DNA of 61,566 nt, filler included, from Bipalium vagum (taxonomy: Eukaryota), in NCBI GenBank assembly GCA_037834085.1. It is 3 parts of 3 records of this genome, joined end to end, with 100 filler letters (N's around TTAATTAATTAA, not from the genome) between each part and the next. Parts side by side here need not be neighbours in the genome. Positions count along the whole stretch, not along the records: positions 1 to 18,359 come from JBBMKC010031711.1; 2 more parts are not named here. One strand, 5' to 3'. The position numbers were made by a program, and so were the translations under genes. The notes beneath the pieces are model-generated. The model saw only the letters and a list, made by a program, of their open reading frames with translations. It ran no database searches and had not been told where the DNA came from. Positions within the stretch are counted from its first letter, which is position 1. The number at the start of each line of letters is the position of its first letter. Positions 1 to 11,850 of the stretch are shown piece by piece.

Positions 1-349
1 ATCCAGGTAAGGTAGAATATAAAAATACATTAAAATGGAATAGATAAAAATAATATAAATAATTAAGTCATTAAAACTAAAACAATAAAGAAAAATTAAT
101 TTTAATATAATAATAATATTATTATTATTATTAACAATTTTAAAATATTCTTAAAAGAGAGGTTGTGTGAAAAGTTATGAAAGCAACACCGAAGAAACAG
201 TGTTAGAACAAATATTTCCGTGCTATTTCAATATATCATTTTTCAGCATAAGACACTTGAAATATCCATTTAAAGATTCCAAGCTTTATCAATCAATAAT
301 TTCGTTTAATTTTTATACAATTTCAAACTTTTTAAAATATATTTTTTCA

Positions 350-580
350 TTCGTGATTGAAATTCAATTTTTATTTTTTAAAAGAGCGGCAAAAGCAAAT
401 TTTGTATATAAATCTAAAACTGTTAGAATTATTTTTTAATTCTTTTCTGCTGGGTCAAAAGGCAAATCGGCTGACCAAGTATCATCTTTATTATTGACTT
501 TTAATGTTAAAAAATCTTTGGTTTTCTAAACTCCTTTTCAAGTTCTTCTGTTGATTGGTTCTCATTTTCTGGATTTAATT
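350..580 (-). pseudogene. Maverick/Polinton (adintovirus-like) retroviral-type integrase, degraded N-terminal fragment
   Basis: Manual minus-strand translation across a frameshift and stops: EELEKEFRKPK / FLTLKVNNKDDTWSADLPFDPAEKN*KIILTVLDLYTKFAFAALLKNKN. This matches the Maverick integrase pattern ELHK..R....V...DD.W.ADL...YILTVID.FSKYAWA.PLK.K. Not in the ORF track. Confidence 0.75.
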
Positions 581-1059
581 TTTTCAATTTTCAAATTGTT
601 TTCCAGTTACAACTGTTTTTGCCAATCTCTATTTTAAAAATTAGTTCGATTGTTTTTGAAATCGATGAAGTGAAGTTTTTGATCGTATTCCAAACAATCA
701 TTTAGTTATTCTACTTTTCATAGTTATTTTATTAAACCTCTTTCATGTTGGTCTTGTGTTTTATTATTGTTAATTACATGGCTCATGTTGACATCCTCAA
801 CATAACAATCTTTTAAATATTTCGAAATATATTTTACACCATGTTTCACTGTTGCTTGATCAATTCCATTTATGGGAATCAAAAAGTGTTTTTTTGGAAT
901 TGAAGGTCTCTTCAACTTCATTTCATGAGATGAAGCCATATTTAAATCTCCTGTTTCATTAAAATTATTTTTTATATCTTCTAAATCCTTTTACTAATCT
1001 TTTATCAACATTTGTCCCATTAACTATAGGAAAAAGATTTAAAGATTTTAAAGGTAATT

Positions 1060-1560
1060 CTCTTGGATAAAAGAGATGATGGCTACAGTTTTTCAGAATA
1101 CCAAAGATATGCTAATGCTGGATTATCTTTAGCACCCGGAAACTATAGACCAATTGGATGCAATGGTAAGCGAAAGAAGGCCTGGCTTGCAGATAAAACA
1201 TGAAATGTTTATCAAGATAATGTACCTGTTCAAACATCTGTTTTATCAATGGCAAAATCAAGACATTAAATTACTATATATTTTTCCGGTGAACAGCCAC
1301 TTATTTCGCAAGGTTAGGCCACAAGTGACTTGTATCTCTTAAGAAACCAAAAGAAAATTTTCCGGAAAGCTTATGACAGACGTAGGCCACTATTTTGTAA
1401 AGTTTTCAAAATCCCACTTCAAAAATGGTATGGAACTATTGGAAGAATTGACAAAGTGTGTTAAATTGTTGAGATAATGTGTCCTACAAAAAAAGCAATT
1501 TCTATAGAATATTCACGCTCTTTAGGTTTCTCTTTCATAACATTTCAATCAACCAAAAAT
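1060..1560 (+). mobile_element. mariner transposase remnant (C-terminal half, heavily decayed)
   Basis: DYL..G.TI-like segment near 1120 and the typical C-terminal HYF....SHFKNGMELL...TKCV segment at 1388-1470; many frameshifts. Confidence 0.55.
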
Positions 1561-1905
1561 AAGGTCTAGATGAATACTTTTTGACGGAGATGTTTCACGT
1601 CTTGTCATCAACACTTTACCTTTCTCAAAGGCCAACTTATATTTAGATCGATACCCTTACGGGTTTTGGTGTTTATGAAATCCAAATCCAGGGATTCTTT
1701 TACAAAAATATCTTCATCTTTTTAGGGGGTCCATCACACAAGTCTAAGTAGGTTTTGTCCTAAACATTAACGGATTGAGATTAATTTACCCACTGAATCT
1801 GAAAAACAGAGGATACATTTATTGATATCATATAGGGATAACAAATATAATAGGCCATTAACAAAAATCGTCTCTTTTTAAGGTCTTTTCTGGAATCGTA
1901 TAGAA

Positions 1906-2821
1906 TCAGATGCACTTGCCAGATTGGTAGTTTGTTATGTTCTGCAAAATATTTTCGGGTTTAGGCCACCCACCATGACTTATTCCTCCGGTAAAGCACA
2001 TTCCGTAGAGTTTCATCAATCTCTTTAATGAACCTGATGTTTTCCTGTCCCAAAAGTAGGCTGAAATGATAAAATGCCAACTGTTTTGAATGATCTCAGT
2101 CTTCAGATGTGCCACATTAAAATCATCCTTTCCTGTTAGTCCAAAAACCTGATTGCGTATGCCTGAAAAGGTCTTATAAACCTCTATGGAATGATAGCAA
2201 AAACTGAAGTTAGTGCAGACTCCGTTTGTCAAAAATGCCACCAAATTATTCGCCAAGACCGCAAATTTTCCATGGTTTCCATTCAATCCCTCAACTATGG
2301 ACGCGGTTGTGAAACAAACAAGTTTGCTCTGTTCAAAGGATCCCACCGCGATTAAGACATCACCCATTTTATCTATCATAATTGGATAGGCATGTGTTTT
2401 ATTAATGATGCTAACTACTCCTAGAAGTTCCTTATTAGAACTAAAATCAAAACTTTTCAAAATTAAATGAACCGGGTTCGTAACGGCTGAGCCATACTAA
2501 ATAAAATGTTAAGAAAAAGATATCGAAAAGGTTACCAACTTCATCATTGAACTTATTGTTGACGAATATTGTCACATTGTCACACGGTGTATTTGACTGG
2601 CATATTTCTCCGTATTTGTACAAAGAGCACGTGGAACTGTTCCGTTGAAATTGAAAAGCCTTACAATTTTCTACGTTGCATTTCAAAGCGCACGAAATTG
2701 GGGATTGCAGAGAGACGTTTTGAAGAATTTTGTAAACACGGAAGTTTGTTACCTTGTAATAATTGTCGGCATTCATGTGCGCGATGAGAACAGAAAATAT
2801 TATTATCAAACAAGGCATCAT
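1906..2821 (-). CDS. secreted PAN/apple-domain protein fused to a TCAF/FAM115 N-terminal-like domain (2 exons, about 290 aa)
   Basis: Exon 1 2821-2540: ATG, hydrophobic signal [21 protein letters not shown] pattern SPISCALKCNVENCKAFQFQRNSSTCSLY. Phase-0 intron of 43 nt at 2539-2497 (GTTGGT...TTTAG). Exon 2 2496-1906 joins the two overlapping ORFs of the track in frame. The segment AYPIMIDKMGDVLIAVGSFEQSKLVC resembles TCAF1 [26 protein letters not shown] (recalled). Confidence 0.75.
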
Positions 2822-3119
2822 GAGAGCATTGTTCAAGTTAAAATGAACATCTTACTCGTAACTGTTTCATTAGAAAATGAAATTCAAGGAAAATGTATTG
2901 ACTAGTAATCACATTTTGCAAAGTTCCCATTGGTTGATTTATTGGCAAATAATAATGACTGATAGGTTTTCGTTTGCTACAGTTTAATTCCAGACCAGAA
3001 CTTTTGAGTTATCTCATGATTAATAAATAAATAGAGAACATTAAGTAGAAAGATAAAGTGAAAATTGAAAAATATAAAATTATGAATGTATTTTAAGATA
3101 ACTTTTAATTGGATGCATT

Positions 3120-3400
3120 AGAACCGTTATTATGTTCAACATTTTGCCATGTTTTGGCCAGTTTTTCTTTGTTCACCGCACCATTCCTTAGACTTTGAAG
3201 AAAAGAACCTCCTTCGAAATTTCTCAACTTCTTCAAGGTTAACAAACCGATGTGTTTTTAAAGTGTTCCTTCGATCTTAAAAGTCCAAAATCTGATGGTT
3301 TCAGATCTGGAATATGAGAAGGATGAGGCAAAGGTTCAAAATGATTCACAAAAAAATCGACATCAAAAAGAAACACGTTTTATTGTGACCACAATAGAAA
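3120..3400 (-). mobile_element. mariner remnant (3' end)
   Basis: Minus strand reads FEPLPHPSHIPDLKPSDFGL, a degenerate PYSPDLAPSD motif, followed by a typical mariner C-terminus. Confidence 0.6.
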
Positions 3401-4289
3401 ATGAATAAAATTTAATTAGAATAAGAATAATCTCTTACTTTGAAGGTAAGTGAAGAGTCCCAACAATAAGAATTACATTTCAACTGACTAGTTCGTGGAA
3501 CTTCAAAAAAAATGCAATATACAGGAAATAAGTAAAAAAATAAAATATCAATCACTTGAATCGATCAACTCTTATTGATTCCAAAATTTTTTCACAAACT
3601 ATCAAAGTAACACTCTTTTTGTAAAATAGCCGAAGAATATGTTGTGCTTATCCAAAAGCGCAATCCAAAGCATCTATTAAAAGACCACTAAAAGAATCTG
3701 GAAACCCATAAAAAATAACATAAATATTAACTTAATTTTTATTAAATTCACATTAAATTTGTATGAAAATATTTTAAAATGTTTAAATTAAAAAGTCATT
3801 AAAAAACTGTACCTGTTTGAAAAATGCTTGAAGTGTTTTTAAAATTCCAAAATAATTTTAAGTATTCTTAAAAATAATTTGACACTCCAATTAGAACCCG
3901 AGACATAACTGGAGAGTATAAAATCCAATTGTGGAAATCAAGTAGTTCAAGAACTACAAAAATTTAGTATATAAGGAGATATATTTCCCTAAAATTCACC
4001 CAGATTCCATTATTGAAAAAACGTATACGAAGGACATTACACGTATTTTAGAGAATTATGTTGAGATCCTGCACTATGGCATTATTTCTGAGTGAACCGT
4101 ATCATTTTTATATTGACAGTCCATCAACAACTTAATAAGTGTTATCATAGTTATCTGAAAATTCAATTGACAATTAGGTAATCGATATCTTTGTTATATG
4201 AACATTATTTTATTGACGAATTGATAATTGATATCATTGTTAATTTTTAAGTGATGCCATTGTGTTTTGATATAAATGAAACGGTCCAG

Positions 4290-4975
4290 ATCGCTTAACT
4301 TAGCGTTTAGCATCAAACAAGGTCAATTCTGTTTCAACCGCATGCCTTTTGGGTTGGCAACGGCACCGGCGACTTTTCAAAAGATGATGCAGGAATTATT
4401 GGATGGTCTGATTTTAATGGTGTTCTGGTATATCGGCTGGACGGCTGGACAGGATAAGCAAGAACAACAGTCTGATCCTTTGTTTTTTGGTTTTTTACGA
4501 TATTTGACGGAGGGGAGAGAGAGTTTCCAGTAGACATCAGAAACAGTTTTCTGTATCAATGGAGAAACAGTCTGCATATTGCAAACGACATGCTGGTCTT
4601 AAGAAAGGATGGACGGGATCTAATAATTATACCAGAAAGATTCGTAAATAAATTTATCAAAGAGATTCATGCTGACTTATGCCATTTTGGAAGCAAGAAG
4701 ATTTTCCATTATTTAAAGGAACATTATTATTGGCCGTCAATGTGGAATTCAATCAAAGTCTGTCTGAAGTCCTGTATGGTTTGTGCGAAGAAGATAGATC
4801 AAACCCGAACTAAGGAGACTCTGATTCCCAGAAGAAGTTCACATTTCTTGGAGCAGATTGTGATGGACGTTGCATATATAGAAAAAGCTCGACCACATTT
4901 CAAGTATCTTATCGTTATTATTGATCGTTTTAGCAAGTTGGTGAGCCTGACGGCAGCAGCAAAATTGATGATCAA
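4290..4975 (+). mobile_element. Ty3/Gypsy pol fragment (RT piece joined by deletion to integrase)
   Basis: AFSIKQGQFCFNRMPFGLATAPATFQKMM is an RT motif. H..LCHFG...HYYWPSM...C..C is the integrase zinc finger. KYLIVIIDRFSK is the start of the rve core. Confidence 0.9.
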
Positions 4976-5949
4976 TTTTAATTGGTTCAGTATAGTTTTT
5001 TACCAGTTTACTGTATATCCCAACATAAATACAAGTCATTGATTTACTGATCTTTTTTAACTACATCAACTATTAGTGTGGGAAGTCAAATTGATTTGAA
5101 ATAATTAACTATACTTGTTACTCTACTTTTAATTCTAATTGATGACGGTTCTATATTTATACTATATTTATCAAATAATAACCCAGTTGATTGTGAATGA
5201 CGTCATTATTGAAATGCCATTTCTCTCATCGGACTCATGATTATAATATAGTAAGGTAAAACTAGTTAAATAAATAAATCTCATAGTATTCAAACAATCA
5301 TAATGGAGAATAAGAAAATAAGTTTTGGGATAAGAAAAGAGGAAATAACTTAGTTCCCTCTATTTTCTTCAGTCAGACCACATGGCCAGATGGCTGACAG
5401 AAAAAAACCAGCCGAGAATCTTCTTGACTGGTCGCTGAACTTATTTTTAGTTTGATTATTTTTGGAACTTCCTATATTGTCAATAGTTTTATTTTGGGGA
5501 CAAAGTATCGGGAGATTTTTGTTGATATCTGAAAATTATCAAATGTATTGAGCATTTAGTTCCTATGTGTTTTAATGGGAATCAAGCATTATCTATGGGT
5601 CTCACCTAACTAGGTCGGCCCTAGACAATCTAGCTGTGTCTAGCTGATGAACAAGAGACCAATTGTAGTTCTCGATAGTGAGTTCCTTTAGTTTGTTTTG
5701 TTAATTTTTTTTAATCAATATTTCTTTTGCATTAATTCTTCATGTCATTATTAATCTTGATAAATTATAATTGCAGTATTGTGATGAGATCTCATTAGGT
5801 TATTGTAATGTAAAGCTGGGAGTTAACCTGCAAAGGTAAAGGACGGTTACGATTCATAAATGCTGGGTGATTTTGCTTCAGGTTTTCTTGGCTAGAATCG
5901 ATATGACGACAATATAATTCCACAGTTTATAATAGTTTCCCCATATCAC

Positions 5950-6620
5950 AAGAATTAACAATGAATAATAACGTTTATCACTATCCCTCTCATTTGTACC
6001 AATGCTGAGCATTTCGTTTTCTAATTGAATCTTTTCCTCACCCTTGGCAAATACTGCGTGCAGCCTCTGATGAATTTTTCTTTAATTTAAATTCACACAA
6101 CAAACAAGTTTGAATTTGCGCCGTCATCATTGTCTCTTACACCAAGCTTTAAAGTATTCAAACAAAGCTAAAATAAACTTTTCTTTCAATAGAGGCCAAT
6201 CGATCCAATGATTGAAAATCGATTATTATAAAAACACTAATCGAAATCCTAATATATTTTTCTTTATAAAAGCGACAATACCTTTCCTTCGATCTAATAT
6301 TTCGGTTTATACATTTTAGGAACTTGCCCATCTTATTTTCTTCTTTCCAACACCGACCATATGCGAGGACACCACAATGTAATAATAATATCATAATTAG
6401 TCCCAGACAGTTCTTGGACTGGCTAAACATGATTTTGTCCATGTAGTGAGAACCATCTATCTTCAAGAACGTTTTGATACGAAAAGGACTTTTTCACTTC
6501 CAAACCAGTTTCGTGATATGAACTCTTGAGAAGTTTTAGTGAATAAAGGCACCCAGCAGATACCTCTTGTAACCAGTAACTCTTTCCATTGGTAGACCTA
6601 TGCCAATGTTCAGAAATTCG
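5950..6620 (-). mobile_element. Gypsy-type integrase remnant, heavily decayed
   Basis: IGLPMERV-like start near 6600 and a YFSQS-like segment in ORF 6158-6466; multiple stops. Confidence 0.4.
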
Positions 6621-6940
6621 TTAAAAACAAACTCTTTACAATAATAAACAGAACGAGAATCGATAAAAGCCATAGTTTAGAAAACTCCTACAACATTGTC
6701 CCTTTCAAACACGCTTTTATAGAGAAATACTCATGGATAAATTTGTCTTTAATCATGCTCAACTGTCAAATTGCACAAACCTCCAGTCACAGTGATAACC
6801 ACAAGAATCACCATACCAGTAGCAACAAGCGAGAGAAAGAGTACTTAAAAAGTCAAAGGCAAAGATATATCTTGTATTTGCAATCTTGGCGAAGCAGCGT
6901 TGTGGTCATGGAACAACAATAATACAAACCAGCCACGCTC

Positions 6941-8872
6941 CTATCCTTCAATGGATCGGAAGTGCTTAACGCGCTCCCAGATCATCTCGCGCAGCTTTTC
7001 GATAGGAAGATCATCGAGTTCGTGTTCGAAGGTGAACGGGGAGTTGGCGACAGGCTGAACGAAATTGAAATTATTAAACGCACACTAAGCCATGCCGCCA
7101 GTACCTCATCTGTTGGATCATAATACTGCTTCAAGTATGGCATTGACAGGGCTTGTTCGACAGTCAGTCTTTTCTCGGGATTGAAAGTCAGTAAACCCTC
7201 CAGCATGGCAGCACCTGAAACGACAGAAACAGCGAGTAACATTGGTTCAAGATCTCAAAGTACTAACATTGGTCGTCAGCATTTGGATATAGCTGTTTCC
7301 AGGGTGTCTTTTGCTTCGTCACGAACTTTTCCACAAAATGTCTGGCCTGCAAGTACAATGAAGAAATTAAGCAAGAAAGATCTCGTATCTCAAAGTAAGA
7401 CAGAACGGAGCCTTTTTGATCATTTCCATATGTACCATACCGACAGAGAAACCATGTTGTATTTTATGTGCATAATCAATTGAATCAATTTAATCTTCAT
7501 CCAATAAAAATCAAAAATTATTTTGTTTAAATAAACTACATAAGCAGCGCTTCAATTGAATTGCATATTTCACTTTCATTTTTCATATTTTTAGAAAACG
7601 GAGATGTGTGACGAAGAGCATGTGAGACTGGATCCATTAGGAGTCCCGAAAATGTATCAGAGACATTTTGGTGACCAAGAGTGTATGTCCTATCTATGGA
7701 CCGGGTGCAGTTAAGATTTAGAAAGGTTTTTGAGAGATGAATTCACCAGAGTGAGGTGATCCCCACTCTGGAAGTCTCAGCGATGTTGTTTAGATAATGC
7801 CAGCACCAAATTCGTTGGCAAAGAAAAAAAGAATTACAGAAAATACTAGGTACCCCTCGTGGCCATTGAAAAAAGGAACATAAACAATAATTTCCACAAT
7901 CTTTCTGATTGTAATCGTGTGGACCATGTGGATGTTTGCTTAGCTTTAATAACAAGACACCAACCTGAACCCTTCGTTGATTGGCTGATAACTGGTGATG
8001 AGAAATGAATTATGAATAATGTGTTACCTAACGGGCTGCAAAGCTGAACCCTAATGTCATACAACGAATATTGCAAATTGGAAAGAATAAAGGAGGCTTA
8101 GTTCATTATGAGTTACTGTGTGAATGTGAAAATACTGTCAATGATGTCTACCGTGGTCAGTTGTTCCATTCAAATCAAAAATCCATTGAACCACGTTCAG
8201 TACTGACGAGCGCGAAAGTTGTTAATCTCACACATGATAATGCCAGACCTCCCTGTTAAAAAGATTACCAGTGAACATTTTTGAAACATCAGCCCTATAG
8301 ACCTGACATCGGTACACCATATTTTTACCTATGTCGGTGTCGACATTTTTGGATGACAATCAGTCAGGATGAAGGAGGATGTTAAAACTAAATTACAGCA
8401 ATTTTTCGCCCAAATATATGGTCGTTCTTTCAAGGGAGGGGGTGATTTTCGTACCTGAGAATCGGGCATGATCAAGGATGATTATTTCAATGCACTGACA
8501 CAAGCTACTGGCAAATACCACTGCCATGTCCACTTACCTTTTCATTAACTATCCAGGCCTTATCCTCTTCACAAGGGTATCCCAAAACGTCAATAATCAA
8601 AGTCAACTGTTCGACATCTGCAACAATAGAAAATAACTTCGTTCCACAAAAGTACAACAAATCTTGCAGTGCTTTCCGGGGAAGATAGGCTTGCTTTTGA
8701 GCATCTCTGCCAAAATACATCCTACGCTCCAAATATCAATAGCCTTGGTGTATCCTTTTGAACTGAGCATAATTTCAGGGGCCCGGTACCATCGCGTGGC
8801 AACGTACTCGGTCAGAATTCCTTTGTGATCATGTTCTGGATCATTGACCCGAGACAAACCGAAATCACAAAT
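6941..8872 (-). CDS. erk: ERK1/2-type MAP kinase, 3' five exons (5' exons not visible)
   Basis: Exons 8872-8668, 8617-8538, 7346-7268, 7214-7105 and 7054-6941 (stop TAG) splice in frame to [36 protein letters not shown]...GKHYVEQL...NEKARHFV...[16 protein letters not shown]...[24 protein letters not shown]...IEG*. TEY activation motif and CD domain are present. Confidence 0.95.
7600..8500 (+). mobile_element. mariner remnant inside ERK intron
   Basis: ITGDEK-like segment near 7990, GLVHYELL and HDNARP motifs; frameshifted; lies in the 1191-nt intron 7347-8537. Confidence 0.8.
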
Positions 8873-9879
8873 CTGTCACAACAAAATCATGAAACAACTG
8901 ACTGGAAAGGTAAACAGTTAGAACTAATCAATAATTAAAAAATAATAATAATAAAAATGGAAGATTATGAATATGTGATCTATTGAGACCTGGGACATGG
9001 TGAGACTAAGCAGGAAGGCGATAAGCCTGGGGAGGGTGGATGAAAGAGGTAAATATTTCACTAGTTCAGAACCGTTTTCTACGGAAAAATAGTGATCTCC
9101 AATCGCCATTTGAAATCTGACCATAAAGTTCAGTGATGCGTGACATTTAATGAAACGATGGACGATTGCCCATATCAGTTCAGCGATATCAGCCGAAAAA
9201 GAAAGAGTGAAAAATCGAGCGACCAGACGAATTCGCTTCACGACAAATGCCAATTGAGATGTGAAGGGGCGACGTCGACATTAATGCAGATAGCCATTCG
9301 ATGGTCTGACACCAGTTCAGCATCACAGCAAGCACCACCGAAAACTTGTTGAACGGTCATGATTGATGGGAAGAAAGGTTTGGAGGTGTCTGTCTCTTTC
9401 TCCACCAAGCCACGGAACGTCGACGAGGCAAAATTCGAGCCAGAGTCGGTCGGAACAGTGACCACCATTTCAAAGTGAGCGGGACAGTATAAATATAACG
9501 TAATCAGATGAAAAATTATTTATTTATTTTGATATTTCGTGTGTCAGACATTTTATTTCATTAACGAAACTTGTGGGAGTTTTCTCCTTTTCCCAACATA
9601 TTTGTACAGCACTCTTTGATTGGCTGCAGGGGTCCTCCATTGAAGGACCTTCACCATTCGGAGAAATAATATTTGATTAGTCTTAATATCATTTAAGATT
9701 TGAATGCTGTTTTCGTGGCTGGTTCCCTTTGATGATCCTTCTGGTTTCTGGTATCAGCATTTATATATCATAATCAGAGTGGTCCGAAAGGTCACTTTGC
9801 TATTGGGAAATTGAATAATAAAGTTTTAATGAAAAATCGATTTTCCTTTAGAGATTTATAAACTTTACTTCTCGGAAAT

Positions 9880-10410
9880 TTAATGTGGGAAAATATAGAA
9901 CAGAGAAAGGAGTATAAATTATCGATTTTCATTACCAAGAAAGTTTTTCAGAAGACCACCACCTACACCACGAGACACCCGATCAACAGTGTCTGTGACG
10001 GATGTAGAACGACCACGGAGATCATTTTCAGCAGGTTCTCAGCTGTTTGCGTACAGGATAGTACACTAAAAGACGTCGATCAATTGGAGTTTCAAGAACT
10101 TCATTACAGCGAATACTAAGGGATTAAAATGTTCCCCCTTTCAAATTCCATCGGTTCAAAGCTACCAATAGATTACAGGCACACGATAAACCCGACTATT
10201 TTTGAGGAATCCCAGTTTGAGAATCCCTGCTGTAGGCTCATACTTCTACTTTATAAGGACAGGTCAAAAAAGGATATATAGATTTAGTTTAAGAATGTAC
10301 ACTGGTCAGTTCTCTGTAATGTTGATCAAATGAAAACTTATGTTCATGATATTGAACAGAAGCTGAATGAGGGGGTTGGATGGGCGTAATTGAATATTTC
10401 CATACATCTC
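9880..10410 (+). mobile_element. Tc1/maT-like transposase remnant (N-terminal HTH)
   Basis: IEQR start; RRRSIGVSRTSLQRILRD.KMFP helix-turn-helix recoverable across frameshifts. Confidence 0.5.
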
Positions 10411-11499
10411 ATCAGGACGAGTGAAGGAAAGTTGTATGCAGTCACATCCAAGACAAAAGATCAACATTCTAAACCGTTCAGCCAGAAAGAAAAAACAGAA
10501 AATTATTCAGTAACGAAGCAAAGAAAATTATTTCTCGTTGGAAGAACTCCAAAATTAGTAAATGGTGGTTGGTTTTTGGTCAGTCATTGGAATGGATAAC
10601 ATTACACAGCTACGGAGATTCAACAATAATTACTGAAGATATCTGGAGACTTGCCGCACATTGACCCGATAAAGAATAATAGAACCCCTTTCTAATTCGT
10701 AATCTGCATCAACATGACCTGGAGAACGTCATCAAGGTAATATTCCAACTGTTATCGGCAAAACATTTATTGATCAAATTTTTATTAGGAAAATATTCCA
10801 AATGATAATATCAATAATTCTCATTCATGGTTTCATCGAAATTTAAATATGGCGGTAAAACTTTAAATCTGCGATCAATGATATTATTAAAACAATTTTA
10901 CGCATGACCTTGTTGATATTTATTATTATTAATATTATTAATTACGATTTTATATTAAATATTTTTAAATAAAACGAAATTTTAATTTGACCGACAAAAT
11001 ATTATTTTTAAAATTTATTATTGATCCGGTTCTTTTTTTGATAAAAAGTGTAAAAAAGACTTTTCAGGTCCTAATACTGAAATACAAATTAAGTAATAAA
11101 AGAAATTGTGGATGAAACACATTAGCCCCAGTGACACGAGGAAATCGGGAGGCAATAAATCATTAATCGCGAACTCATCTCACTCATTCGTTACTGGGGG
11201 ACTGTGATAATTACCGTGACATTTATTACCCCCGGAAAACTGTACTCACTCGCCAAACATTGTTTCCATCATAAATTAACTTATAAATTAAACCTGTCAA
11301 ATGATTGATAGGTTGACAATTTGATCACGGGCATCAATTCACCTCCCGCCTGGACCACTGAGATTGAGGGGTCTTGACATTATCTTTTCATGATGATGAA
11401 TTGCTTGCTCCGGCATCCGACGAGAAAAGGGTTTTATTTCACACTAGTTATCATTCACAGTTCAAAATAATCAATATTCACAGTGGAAATTTCATAGAA

Positions 11500-11850
11500 A
11501 GCTGTGTTCATGGGGAACAGGTCTAAGAAAGATATTTTTGAGATGGAATTCAGAAAAATGGATCAGATATGACAGCCGTTATGAGTACAGTGGATAGACA
11601 AATGTAGACCATCGAAACGCACATCGAAGCCTAATTTCATCAAAAGAAGCGGTTGATGAGTGTTTGGGGGTTCGGCGTAGGTGTGATTCATTATGAATTC
11701 ATGGAACCGGGCTGATCGATCACAGCAGAAATATACAGTAAACGATTGGGCAAAATGATCCAAAATTTTAAGGAAACACACCCACGATCAGTCAATAGAT
11801 TAATTCCTATCTGATTGCATGTTCACGCTCGATAGGACACTGCAAAAAGT
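11500..11850 (+). mobile_element. mariner remnant
   Basis: SKPNFHQKKRLMSVWG..GVIHYEFMEPG.SITAEIY segment on the plus strand. Confidence 0.75.

Noticed and set aside
724-939. 71-aa ORF next to the Maverick integrase relic
   Set aside because: Only a faint ERFNK.TMK integrase-like echo across a frameshift; too decayed to assign.
2569-2905. Plus-strand ORFs over the PAN gene, and similar shadow ORFs (7181-7483, 13177-13446, 20144-20335, 50276-50635, 58337-58537)
   Set aside because: Antisense shadows of real or formerly coding sequence on the other strand.
8203-8217. Hammerhead-like core CTGACGA-GCGC-GAAA
   Set aside because: No flanking helices I or III, and it lies in mariner coding sequence just before HDNARP. 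It shows that bare cores arise by chance.
10855-10890. Minus-strand AATATCATTGATCGCAGATTTAAAG resembling ERK NIIHRDLK
   Set aside because: Needs a substitution plus a frameshift, and no PSN or flanking kinase sequence follows.
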